Source of the DNA: Andalucia godoyi And28
Taxonomy: Eukaryota; Protista; Jakobida
Assembly: GCA_009859145.1 (NCBI GenBank)
Contig: VRVR01000049.1
Coordinates: 62,001-126,000, forward strand
Length of the DNA stretch: 64,000 bases
Reading direction: 5' to 3'
This document shows positions 20,456-30,526 of the stretch, piece after piece (position 1 is the stretch's first letter; each line of letters opens with the position of its first letter). The position numbers were made by a program, and so were the translations under genes. Below the pieces are notes generated by a model. It worked only from the letters and a program-made list of their open reading frames with translations, made no database searches and was not told the origin of the DNA.

Positions 20456-21433
20456 TTATGGTTTTGAAAGCCACTTGGTCAGCTCGCGGAGACGTTTCTC
20501 GCCGGTCATGATCTTTGCAGTCAGTTCCTCGTACTTTGCAAGATCGAACCGTTGTTTTGCTAACAACTTTTTCATCTTGCGATTCGCCAGCATGTTGCGA
20601 ATTCCATCGTACGAGAATTCTGTTTTAGTCAATCCAAAGAACAAGACCCCTGCAAGTGTAAAAGAAAAGCTCCAGTAGAACGAGATTGGTTCAATGATAT
20701 CCCAGGACAGCTCGTAAAACGTAAGACGCGCCAAAGCTGCAAACTGTGCAAACACCGAGAATATTGTGAACCAGATTACGCGGTCTGAGTGCCGATAAGA
20801 CTTTGCCTCCACGACGTCGTGCACCACTTTCAACGGTTCGATTTCGCTGCGTAACACTGCCAACTCTTGCTCTTGCTCTTCAATAAGGCGCTTTGTATGT
20901 GAATCATCCAAATCTAATATATGAAGAACCTTCCGCAGAACTACCTCCGGCTGCGTCAGAATAATCTGTGCAGAAGGAATGTACACACACGAACCCGCAT
21001 CGTGCATCTTTTGCGCAACAACTGGGGCCTCACTGCTCGGAATCCCATGACGAACACATAAATTCTCAAAACTGTGAATCGACCATTTTGGCGAATCCGA
21101 CTCTCGCAAGTCATTCGCAATTCGATGATAGGCCATGTTTGTCACCACCTGCCGAACTGGAAGCGCCAGTTCTGGCCCGGACCCGGACCCGGACCCAGAC
21201 CCAGACCCAGACCCAGAGTCAGAGTCAGATTCAGGCACTGACGAAGCAGACAAGGCTGCGTCAATCGCATTGGTCTTGCCAACAACTGTAGAGAAGAACG
21301 ACACGCCAACCATCCCCACAGGACGCGCCGACACACAACTGCAGCCGCCGGTGTAGAGTATGCAATTACGGAACGCAAGGACTCCAGCAACAGAGCGCAG
21401 TGGCCGCAATAGCATTCTTGAATGAGCCAGCAT
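20456..21433 (-). CDS. MCU: Mitochondrial calcium uniporter
   Basis: Coiled coil, two TM helices around the selectivity filter ELSWDIIEPISF (WDxxEP), Arg-rich presequence-like N-terminus. Confidence 0.9.
   Translation of the reverse strand: MLAHSRMLLRPLRSVAGVLAFRNCILYTGGCSCVSARPVGMVGVSFFSTVVGKTNAIDAALSASSVPESDSDSGSGSGSGSGSGSGPELALPVRQVVTNMAYHRIANDLRESDSPKWSIHSFENLCVRHGIPSSEAPVVAQKMHDAGSCVYIPSAQIILTQPEVVLRKVLHILDLDDSHTKRLIEEQEQELAVLRSEIEPLKVVHDVVEAKSYRHSDRVIWFTIFSVFAQFAALARLTFYELSWDIIEPISFYWSFSFTLAGVLFFGLTKTEFSYDGIRNMLANRKMKKLLAKQRFDLAKYEELTAKIMTGEKRLRELTKWLSKP
21179..21217. repeat. (GGACCC)3(AGACCC)3 coding hexamer repeat (Gly-Ser tract in MCU)
   Basis: Read directly. Confidence 0.9.
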
Positions 21434-21486
21434 GATGAAGCCCGAACCGAAACCGAAATCGATCGGTAAGGGAAAACCAAAGGGGG

Positions 21487-21496
21487 GAGGGAGAGA

Positions 21497-21583
<87 letters not shown>

Positions 21584-21588
21584 AGAGA
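21487..21588. repeat. (GA)n microsatellite in the MCU/LYR divergent region
   Basis: Read directly. Confidence 0.95.
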
Positions 21589-21933
21589 ACAGGCAGAAAA
21601 GGAGACGACGACGGCGTCGAATAATAAGAAAAAGCAGCGGCAGAAGCCATCAACTGCGAGAGTTAAAATGCAAACGAGCGCTTCATCATTCCTCGTTAGT
21701 GCACCCCGGTTGCCAATTGTCGACCAAATACGCGATTCGTCTGCCGAAGAGGTATCTGGCTTCGGTGTGTGTGGAGTGCGGAATGCGGACCCCGGAGAGT
21801 AGTGGCAGCAGAAGAAGAAGGGAGAACCCGAGACAGCAAATATATATGTATATATATATATATTTATTTATTTATTATTATAATCGATAAAAAAGAAGAG
21901 AAGCAGGTTGGGGGAGCGAAGGAAACTGTGTGG

Positions 21934-22353
21934 ATGAATCGATCAAGAGTGCTGTCGATGTACCGGAGACTTCTGCGGTCTTGTGTGAACCCGGAGCATG
22001 TCCAGTCAATCCGCTGTGGATTCCGACAGAACAAAAGCCAGGTGGATCCAGCAGCGATCCAGGCATTTCTGAAGGATGCTCAAGACAGGCTTTCTTTTTT
22101 GAAAATTATCAATCGGAATTCACTGCTGCATGGGCAAAAGTTGTCGGATGCCAACGTTCCAAAAGCATCAAGGTATGTGATCATGGATGGAAAGCTCGTG
22201 CCAATGACAGACGATCTTGAGCTTGCAAGTGGTGGAGGAGCCGCAAGACCTTCACTCAAAGACGGGGGCATCGACCCAGAGCATTTGAGAAGGCACAAGG
22301 CTTTGCTTGACCGTCAGCATTTCAGAGGCCCAATGTGGAACAATAAAAGATAG
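21934..22353 (+). CDS. LYR-motif (Complex1_LYR) mitochondrial protein
   Basis: VLSMYRRLLR...IRCGFRQNK...DPAAIQAFL pattern; ATG at 21934. Confidence 0.75.
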   Translation: MNRSRVLSMYRRLLRSCVNPEHVQSIRCGFRQNKSQVDPAAIQAFLKDAQDRLSFLKIINRNSLLHGQKLSDANVPKASRYVIMDGKLVPMTDDLELASGGGAARPSLKDGGIDPEHLRRHKALLDRQHFRGPMWNNKR

Positions 22354-22942
22354 ACCTTTGTTTTCACTGCCGCCGTTGTTTCTATATTATTATTATTACT
22401 ATTCTTATTATTGATATTAGGACCGATTGTGTTTAATTAGGATTGGACAGTCGCTGCTAATAAGACTTGGCAGAACTCAGGACACACCCTGCGATACACT
22501 GCATCAATACGAAATGTCGCTCATTGGTATGACCGGCACAATCACACCCCAGAGAAGGGGGTTGAGACACTGTACCCCCCAGCGAACTGTCCATCTCAGC
22601 CGCCGGTGCGTGGGCCGCGATGCCAAACGCCCGGATGAAACACCCGTCAGTGCTGACTCAGCCGGCCTGCAGCTCTTGTGTCGGAATCCACCGGGTATTC
22701 CTAGCGCAAGCGGATCGTCCGTGAAGATCGAGTTTGCGAGGACTACGGAAGATGTGTGGGAGAAAATCTCCGGTTCCGCTGGACATATTTTTACGACCGC
22801 TTCTCCGGATTCTTTGCATTGACCGAAATGAGGTGCGCGCCCTAAAGGAAAGCTTCACTTCTTTTTTTTTATCCCAGCTTTCTTTTCTTTATTTTATTTT
22901 ATTTATTATTATTATTTTTTTTGGTTTGTTGAATGGAAATCA

Positions 22943-23380
22943 ATGTCTTATTTATTGCCTCATTTACCAACGGGGTGGCATGTAGACCAAGCGATCCTCT
23001 CAGAAGAAGATCGACTTGTCGTTATCCGTTTTGGCCGAGATTCGGATGCCGAGTGCATGCTCTTCGACGAAACACTGGCGGCAACCGCTGAGCTCTTGCG
23101 AAACATGTCGGTTGTGTATCTGTGCGACATTGACCAGGTTCCTGATTTCAACGTCATGTATGAACTTGTGGATCCGTGCAGCGTAATGTTCTTTTATAGG
23201 AACAAACACATATTGGTAGACTGCGGCACGGGAAACAACAACAAGATCAATTTTGCCATTTCAGAAAAGCAAGAGTGGATTGATCTCGTGGAAACAGTCT
23301 TTCGCGCTGCACGAAAAGGAAAGGGGATTGCAATGTCCCCTCGAGATTACTCTCGGTCCCGACGAGAATTTGTTCCTTAG
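22943..23380 (+). CDS. TXNL4A: U5 snRNP thioredoxin-like protein Dim1
   Basis: MSYLLPHL..GWHVDQAILSEEDRLVVIRFG...PDFNVMYEL.DPCSVMFFYRNKHI...GTGNNNKIN. Confidence 0.9.
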   Translation: MSYLLPHLPTGWHVDQAILSEEDRLVVIRFGRDSDAECMLFDETLAATAELLRNMSVVYLCDIDQVPDFNVMYELVDPCSVMFFYRNKHILVDCGTGNNNKINFAISEKQEWIDLVETVFRAARKGKGIAMSPRDYSRSRREFVP

Positions 23381-25386
23381 TCCAAGCGTGAACCGCCTTC
23401 ACTCGCGATGTCGGCGCCGAGTTTTTGAATCATTTCGTCCACTTGTGCGAGATCAACACAGTGTCTCATCGTTGGGCGCCCATGTGGACACGCCCACGGT
23501 TTTTCCGTGATGGACATGTTTCGAACCACTCGAATCATTTCTCCCATGTCTAGAGAATCGCCAATCATGATCGATGACCGGCACGCTCGAGAAGCAAACA
23601 TGCTTCGTATTCTGGATGGCTGATGCGTCTGCGTAACGGGGTCTTCTTTCACTTTCTGCAAGAGGTCCTGGAAATCGGCTTCTCCGAGAAGAACTTTTCC
23701 AGAAAACGGACATTCGGAAAGGTACAGCCCGTCGTCTCTGTCTTCAAATCGAAACCCGTTGCGCAGAAATGCAGCGCTGTGATCCCGGACCACATCGATG
23801 TCGCTAATTCCGAGTGGCAGCTTTTTCGCAATAATTAGCTTTTGTGTGTGCAGCTTTGTGGTCGCCTGCAGCTTAAAAAAATTGTGAATCTCGTCGGACG
23901 CATGCTGATCGATAATGAAGAGATGATTGTCCAACATCGCAAGAATAAATCCCTTGTTGAATTGCCCAATGATTTTCATCCTCGTAAAATCGTCTTTTGA
24001 TATTTGTTTTGAAAGCTCTTTTTCGCATTCTGCATTCTCATTCGGATCCAATCCAGCGTTAAAAACATGATCCACTGGATTGGCAACAACAGTGGACAGG
24101 AGATCATTCCCACCTCGGCTGCGAGAATCAAACCGACTGCGAATCGAGGACAAAGACAAGTGCACTCGCGACTGAGACTGTACGAAGGCCGCATCCTCCT
24201 TGAATGCATTTGTCACTTTCCAGCCGGACGACTGCGTACTTGCTGACAGCCCCCCAGCACTCGGAACGCTGTTCGATCCGGAGTCCAGAGAATCGTCTGA
24301 TCGTTTGGGTGGTGCGACGACTTGCGATTGGGGGACAGGCCGGGACGTGGACAAAGGACTTCCAACCTGCAACGTAAAGGCCGACAGCTGGTCGCCCCAA
24401 AGCGCAGAAAAGTGCGCACGGAAACCCGACACAAAAGCATCTTCGTCGACAAAGAACACTTTCCTCTTATCCGGGGTCACATTAATGTCCACAAACTCAT
24501 GAGGAACCACGATATTCAAACCAAAACAAGGATACGACGAAACAGAGGCAGTGTGTTGTGATCTCCAAGCATCGTTAATTGCTTTCAAAATCTTGACGTG
24601 GTGAATTGGTCGCGCATTCAAGAAGAGAAACTGTCGATCCGACGTCGCTCGAGCACCCTCGCGATTGCACGCAACCCCCTGCACTTTCGCTTCCTTCTCC
24701 CCAGCCAGCGAAACGGAAAACGTCGTAACCACAATCGAAGACTTTCCAAAAATCCTGTTCCAGTTCTCTAACATTGTCGGCCGTCTCTCTGTGGCTAAAA
24801 CAACCTTTTCTCCGTTGCGCAGAACAACTGCCTTATCCACGCCAACAATGGCGTATTGCGTCATCAGATCCACGCATTTTCCAAACTCTCGCTTGATGTG
24901 CCTTTCCAGCTCTTTGCGCCGCACCGGGAGCCGCTCAAACACCCTCAGCACTTTTACGGATGTCCCAATGTCCCGGGCGCATATAGAACGGGAAACAATG
25001 CTCCCATGGTTGTCAAAAGTGATTATGTTACCGACTGCAGAACTTGAATGACGTGTTGTAATGATCACGGAACCAACCGCACACAGAGAAGCAAGGGCTT
25101 CTCCGCGAAACCCAAGGGTCGACACGTTCTTCAAGTCTTCAAAATTCGACAACTTTGAAGTCGCATGCCGCAAAGTAAGCATTTCGAATTCGCTCTCTTG
25201 AATCCCAGTCCCGTTATCAACAACTTCCAATGCCTGCAATCCTTGCTCGGAGAAGCGAGCTTCAATTCTGCTAGCGCCAGCATCCAGTGCGTTTTCCACA
25301 ACTTCTTTGAGCACAGACGCAAGATCAGTGATGACCTGGCCGGCACATATTCTATGCACAGCTTCTGAAGGCAGCGCGCGGATCAT
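23377..25386 (-). CDS. PMS2: MutL homologue PMS2/PMS1
   Basis: KEVVENALDAGA, TLGFRGEALASL, DVNVTPDKR-like DINVTPDKR, GQFNKGF, DQHASDE, ACR, CPHGRP; ATG at 25386. Confidence 0.95.
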   Translation of the reverse strand: MIRALPSEAVHRICAGQVITDLASVLKEVVENALDAGASRIEARFSEQGLQALEVVDNGTGIQESEFEMLTLRHATSKLSNFEDLKNVSTLGFRGEALASLCAVGSVIITTRHSSSAVGNIITFDNHGSIVSRSICARDIGTSVKVLRVFERLPVRRKELERHIKREFGKCVDLMTQYAIVGVDKAVVLRNGEKVVLATERRPTMLENWNRIFGKSSIVVTTFSVSLAGEKEAKVQGVACNREGARATSDRQFLFLNARPIHHVKILKAINDAWRSQHTASVSSYPCFGLNIVVPHEFVDINVTPDKRKVFFVDEDAFVSGFRAHFSALWGDQLSAFTLQVGSPLSTSRPVPQSQVVAPPKRSDDSLDSGSNSVPSAGGLSASTQSSGWKVTNAFKEDAAFVQSQSRVHLSLSSIRSRFDSRSRGGNDLLSTVVANPVDHVFNAGLDPNENAECEKELSKQISKDDFTRMKIIGQFNKGFILAMLDNHLFIIDQHASDEIHNFFKLQATTKLHTQKLIIAKKLPLGISDIDVVRDHSAAFLRNGFRFEDRDDGLYLSECPFSGKVLLGEADFQDLLQKVKEDPVTQTHQPSRIRSMFASRACRSSIMIGDSLDMGEMIRVVRNMSITEKPWACPHGRPTMRHCVDLAQVDEMIQKLGADIASEGGSRLD

Positions 25387-26106
25387 TCGTCTGACTCCCA
25401 AGATCCAACTCCTGCGCCTTCCAACAAAAAAAAAACAAACAGCAACCAAAGAAGAACAGAAAAAAGAAGGGCAAAAAGAAGCGGAATGCTTTGGCGACTG
25501 CCGGACAATACGTGGGCGGGGAACTGCGGGATCGGAAGGATGATGGAGCAGAATCGTGCTCCGACACGCTATTACTTTTTATTATTATTTTTTGTGATTG
25601 CTTCACGTCACGTTCAATCGACTTTTTCGACCGTCTGACCAGTTCCCAACTTCGTTGGAAGCAAGAGGACGGCAACTGACCCGTCACAATGGTCAGCCCA
25701 AAAAACACAGCATTAAAAACCAGTGGGGCGAGGAGGGAGAGAAAAAAAATGAGCAGTTCACGCCTTCACGGTTTAGCACGAGAACAGAACGGCGATCTTT
25801 TTTTTCTTTTTCTCTCGTTTTACTCACAAGATCTGTTTGTTTATCTGTCTTTTTTTTTCTGTTTCCACTCTTTGCTGTCGCGATCTTTGGTGAAATTGCC
25901 CATATTACATTCATAACTGCTTGCATTTCCCTTTCTACCCGGCAGCCCTTTCTCATTATTATTTTTTATTATTATTATATTTTTTTTTTCTCTTTTTCTC
26001 TTTTGAACTTTCTGGCTTATTTTTCAAATCGAACCACCCGGCAATTTTTTCCCCGTCCCATTGCTGAGTTGTTGCACAGTTTCTCTTATTTATTTCTCTG
26101 TCTGAC

Positions 26107-27528
26107 ATGATTCCGCGACAGACTTCTTCCCAACGAAGCCCACCTTTGCGGAGTTCTGTTCCGTTGGCTGCGCCGTATGGTTCTTCGGGAAGTGCATCAA
26201 CACAGCTACCGAATGTTTCACAAGGCCAAGGCTCTGGAACTGCGCTTTCCTTTGCAAAATCCCCCTTTCGGGCACAGCGTATCGGTGTCCGGTCACAGCT
26301 GGAGCTACCCCGAACCCGAAAAGTGCCGTCCCCTACGAATGCCGGTTCTTCACCGACCAATGGTATGGTAGGTTCTTCACCGACCAACGGCGGCCCAAAT
26401 TTTTCCGTGACGAGGTCTTCGATGGGTGCGTATGCTCGGCCTCTGGGGAGGTCTTCCACTTCAATGCTGCCCGCCCATCCTGATCATGGCGGCAGCGGAT
26501 TTCAATCTTCTTCTGCCGGCACGCTGATGGTTGGGAATTCCAATCCAAACCAACAGCAGAGCATCGAACGCGGCATTGATTCCTTATCATTGGGATCGAA
26601 TGAAATTGGGCGTCCGTTATCGTATTTGCGAGAGCGCTCTCCTCTGGGTTTCCTGTCCCTGGTTCCACATACCGGTAACGATGGAGAAGTCATGGGAGCG
26701 AACCCGTATGAGATGGTGTACGTGAACTGCCCGACCAAGTTTGTTTTGGAGCCCGATCCATGCCACTGGCACGAAACGAAGCTGGCTGAGTACAGAGTCA
26801 AACAAGGATTGCAGTTGCTAAAGAAGATTGGTTCGGATCCAAACAAGAAGCACATTGTGCCTCTTCTCAATGGGTTCTATTTGGTCATTACCTTTGATGG
26901 AACTGCAACTCTCCACAAGAGGCAGCTGACCATTGTCTTTGACCTCGACAATACATTGGTACACTCTGTTGAAACAGATCATCCCGCAATGTATGCTCGT
27001 GGGTCAGATGTTCACCATTTGATCTTCAGAGAACCGTACGAACATGAGGACTCGCACGTCGTGTGCAAAGTCCGACCTGGCGCTCGTGAGGTTCTGAAAG
27101 CTCTGGGGGAACGGTTTTCATTGTACATTTGCACCATGGGTACCAAGTCGTATGTGACGCAGGCACTCAAGGTTTTGGATCCTGACTCCACAATTTTCCG
27201 ACATGCCATTTGTCGCGAAGATTTGCCGTCCCTTCCGGACGATCCGAATGTTCTCGTCAAGGACCTGTACCGCATTCAAGTCTTGCAAGATCCCACCTGG
27301 ACTCTGGTTGTTGACGATTCTCCGGATGTCTGGATTCAGAAGGGACATGTTCTGCCGATTACAAAATACTACTATTTCGATGAGTACACATGCGAGTCGT
27401 ACCGAAATGCAGTCCCTTCGCTGTACTCGGCCCGTGTTGTCCTCGAAGGCATCCATCGGCAGTTCTTGTTTGCAGAGAAGCCTTGGGAATGCCAGGTCCT
27501 GAGTCTTTTGGAAAGATTTCACCGATGA
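26107..27528 (+). CDS. FCP1/SCP-family HAD (CTD-type) phosphatase
   Basis: VFDLDNTLVHS (DxDxT), KVRPG, YICTMG, LDPD, VVDDSPDVW; no BRCT domain evident. Confidence 0.85.
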   Translation: MIPRQTSSQRSPPLRSSVPLAAPYGSSGSASTQLPNVSQGQGSGTALSFAKSPFRAQRIGVRSQLELPRTRKVPSPTNAGSSPTNGMVGSSPTNGGPNFSVTRSSMGAYARPLGRSSTSMLPAHPDHGGSGFQSSSAGTLMVGNSNPNQQQSIERGIDSLSLGSNEIGRPLSYLRERSPLGFLSLVPHTGNDGEVMGANPYEMVYVNCPTKFVLEPDPCHWHETKLAEYRVKQGLQLLKKIGSDPNKKHIVPLLNGFYLVITFDGTATLHKRQLTIVFDLDNTLVHSVETDHPAMYARGSDVHHLIFREPYEHEDSHVVCKVRPGAREVLKALGERFSLYICTMGTKSYVTQALKVLDPDSTIFRHAICREDLPSLPDDPNVLVKDLYRIQVLQDPTWTLVVDDSPDVWIQKGHVLPITKYYYFDEYTCESYRNAVPSLYSARVVLEGIHRQFLFAEKPWECQVLSLLERFHR

Positions 27529-28054
27529 TTCATTTCTGTGTGCTTTTGTAAAAAATCTTTGTGATCCACGCAGTTGCACTAAACCGGCGTTGCCTCTGTG
27601 CTTTCCATGCCACGTGGCTTCAAAAGCGGAAAGACAATGCCGCACGGTCAACGCCCGCTAATGCACTTCTTTGTACCCATCATTGTGGATCGGCAAATGT
27701 GGTGGCAGGGGTTGCAGAATCGCAGGATTAAACACTCATCACGCAGAACGCAAGCCACCAGCTGTTTCATTTGCTGCTAATCACTCGAAAAAGACATCCC
27801 TCTGCCACCCGGTCGTCAATCCCCGCAAGATCAACCCATCTGAGAGTTCACACCAACCATCAGCACTCTTGTAAGCGAAGTGCAGAGCAAGAGAATATCA
27901 GCAGCTGTAATTAAAAAAATTCAGAGCCGTTTATTTAACGTGCAAAAAAAATTAAAAAATTAAAAAAGTTGCTAAAAAAAATTGTTTCTGCTTTGAAAAA
28001 TGCAAAAAATTCCTTTGTTGCGTGATGCATTTTGCTTTTCTTCTATACACACAA

Positions 28055-29134
28055 ATGAGCGAGACACCTCACACTATAGGCCACTCGCTTTGCGTACCTG
28101 CTAATGAACTTTTGCGAGGGTCTGAGGTGTTCACGGAAACGAAAGCAGACTTCTTCACTGGAGAACCACTCTATGCCTCTGCCGCACTACCTGACAAGGA
28201 AAATCAAGATCCATCTTCGAAACAAGCTACGGGGAAAAAGACGGCGAGAAAAGTACTGATTGGAGCTCCATTTTCTCCAAGATCCTCAAGCAAACTGCAT
28301 CCAGAAAAGGCGAGACAATCAAATAATCACGTCGCATTTGGGTCGAGGAAAAATGGTTCTTCTTCTGTTTCTCCGTCTACTCCGCGAGCTACGGGTGTCT
28401 CATTTCCCAACACCTTGCAGACCCCAGTGGAAATCCGACGTTCGAGCATTGCAGAAGAGCCGTCCAGTCTGCAAAAGATGGTAGATAAGCTATTGGCGTC
28501 CAGTCCGCACTTTACACTGCTGCGAGAAGTGAAGATCAAATCTCCTTGCTTTGTCTCCGAGGTTGTAGATTATGACTCGTGGCTTGCAGTCCAGGCTGCA
28601 GATCTTGCCTCGTTGCAGACGTTTGTGGCAGCCGAGTTTGAAAAGGTCCACCATGACCGTAACCTGGACGTGTGGGAAACTCGACACAAGGCACATGTGG
28701 ACGTCGGTGACTTCGAAGCGTTTTCAAAAGAGGAGTACTGCGCAAGGACACCAACCCCCAAACTGACGTTTTCTGATTTTGTGCAGTCGCAGAAACGATG
28801 TATGAAGAGGATGAATGAGCATCAAGGTCTGAGCGTGCATGACCATCATGCTTACTCCTCCACGAGTCCCTTTGAATCGGTCAAGAAGCAGAAGGACAGG
28901 AACATTCGGATGAAGAACCTTGCCCCCTGGGGAGACGAGGACGATCTGAAAGAAGTTCAGGAAGATCACCAAACAATTCGGCAGCTGGAATACTGGGATC
29001 TCTGCGATGCCCAAGAGCGCGCTATCCAAATGGTGCTGACAGAGTGGGACATAACTACCCCAGAGATTCCTGCGCCGAGAAGAATAACTGCAAACAAGAG
29101 AAGCAACAAGAAGGGAAAGTGCTCCATTCAATAA
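28055..29134 (+). CDS. Hypothetical protein
   Basis: About 360-codon ORF with protein-like composition; no family recognised. Confidence 0.65.
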   Translation: MSETPHTIGHSLCVPANELLRGSEVFTETKADFFTGEPLYASAALPDKENQDPSSKQATGKKTARKVLIGAPFSPRSSSKLHPEKARQSNNHVAFGSRKNGSSSVSPSTPRATGVSFPNTLQTPVEIRRSSIAEEPSSLQKMVDKLLASSPHFTLLREVKIKSPCFVSEVVDYDSWLAVQAADLASLQTFVAAEFEKVHHDRNLDVWETRHKAHVDVGDFEAFSKEEYCARTPTPKLTFSDFVQSQKRCMKRMNEHQGLSVHDHHAYSSTSPFESVKKQKDRNIRMKNLAPWGDEDDLKEVQEDHQTIRQLEYWDLCDAQERAIQMVLTEWDITTPEIPAPRRITANKRSNKKGKCSIQ

Positions 29135-29272
29135 TTTTGTATATAAAAACCGTACACGGACAACAACAACAACAGCAAAACAAAAACAAAACACGCATTA
29201 AAAACATGAAATGGGAGAGAGGAGAGAGGAGGGGGAGTTTCATCGGCATTCAAATGCCTTACAATACTGCGT

Positions 29273-30526
29273 TTACTTGATTTGTCGCGACAACGCCGCA
29301 AACCGGTTGGACAGACTCTTCGTCTTGTCAATAACGTCTTGGTACACAGACGACTGGGGAGTTCTCATCTGAACGACACCAGCAGAGTCCATCTTGGCAT
29401 CAAGGCGGGCACCTCGGATCACTTCAACAATCCAGCGTTCGGTCTTCTCCAAGTCCGAAGAACAAAATCCCAGCTTGTTTGCAATGTCCTCAATGCGGGC
29501 ACGAGTGTGCAGCTTGCAGTACGCTTCGGTCCACGCCACTCGCATGGACTCGAGAACGTCGTCTGATGACTTGACCAAGATTGGATCCTTGCAGAGTCCA
29601 TTCAAGCATTCCTTCAAATCAGCCTCAGCTGAAAGCACATCATATCGAGAGTACAGCGACACAACAAATGATGTCATGGCATCTTGGTACATTGCAGCAT
29701 TCGCAACACAGACGGCAGCGACGTCGCGAACATAAGTGTCTCTTCTCTTGGATGATCGAACAGAAAGAGCAGAGGCTGCAAGATATCTGAGCAAATGAGG
29801 AGCTACAGATTCGAGTGTGTGGAGATATACTGGATTGTTGAGGACGAAGTCGACAAACAAGAGATCTTGTCGCTGAGGAGTCTGCATTTGATACTGCTTA
29901 ATCGGAGAGACGCGATGCACAAGGAGGAACCAGTGAAGAAGCCACGATCGTTCAACGGCAAGATCTCTAGCGGACTGTGCCGTAACCTGCTCTGCAACTT
30001 CGTCAATAGCCTGTCGCAGCTCCCAGAAGGTTTCCTTGGCTTCTCCGTGCTTCTGCAACAAAATCTCGCAGGAAAGCTTTCCCCACAGCAGCTTCTTCTT
30101 GTCGACAACCGACACTTGCGCGGAAATGTTCTCATAGCATACCTGCAACGTCGCCAGGGAATCATTGTACTGTCCACAGTCGTACATGAATCGGGCAACA
30201 TCCAATAGGATAATAAACTGCTCACGACTAAGGCCAGCGCTGGGTTTGGAAGACATCACTTCGTGTGCCATTTGCGATTTCTCTCTCAAGGCCGACAAAA
30301 CCGCTGCCGATTTGGCCTCCAGATCAAAGCTCGGCTGCCCAAGTCCAGCAAGCGTCTCCATCTGGGCGGTAAGCATGTTCGTGGAGGAGAGGATGGCAAG
30401 CCTCTGGTTCAGAATCTCGGTGAGAGGATACACCTTCTCCTTCTCGAGAAAATCGAGAATCGGGAGCAGCAAATGCCGGTCTAGCGATTGGGCCAGCAGC
30501 GGCGTAGCATCTGAAAACTTTGGCAT
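29273..30526 (-). CDS. EIF3E: Translation initiation factor eIF3 subunit e
   Basis: LDRHLLLPILDFL, TNM, YDCGQY, LWGKLSCEIL, RSWLLHW, C-terminal PCI domain; ATG at 30526. Confidence 0.93.
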   Translation of the reverse strand: MPKFSDATPLLAQSLDRHLLLPILDFLEKEKVYPLTEILNQRLAILSSTNMLTAQMETLAGLGQPSFDLEAKSAAVLSALREKSQMAHEVMSSKPSAGLSREQFIILLDVARFMYDCGQYNDSLATLQVCYENISAQVSVVDKKKLLWGKLSCEILLQKHGEAKETFWELRQAIDEVAEQVTAQSARDLAVERSWLLHWFLLVHRVSPIKQYQMQTPQRQDLLFVDFVLNNPVYLHTLESVAPHLLRYLAASALSVRSSKRRDTYVRDVAAVCVANAAMYQDAMTSFVVSLYSRYDVLSAEADLKECLNGLCKDPILVKSSDDVLESMRVAWTEAYCKLHTRARIEDIANKLGFCSSDLEKTERWIVEVIRGARLDAKMDSAGVVQMRTPQSSVYQDVIDKTKSLSNRFAALSRQIK

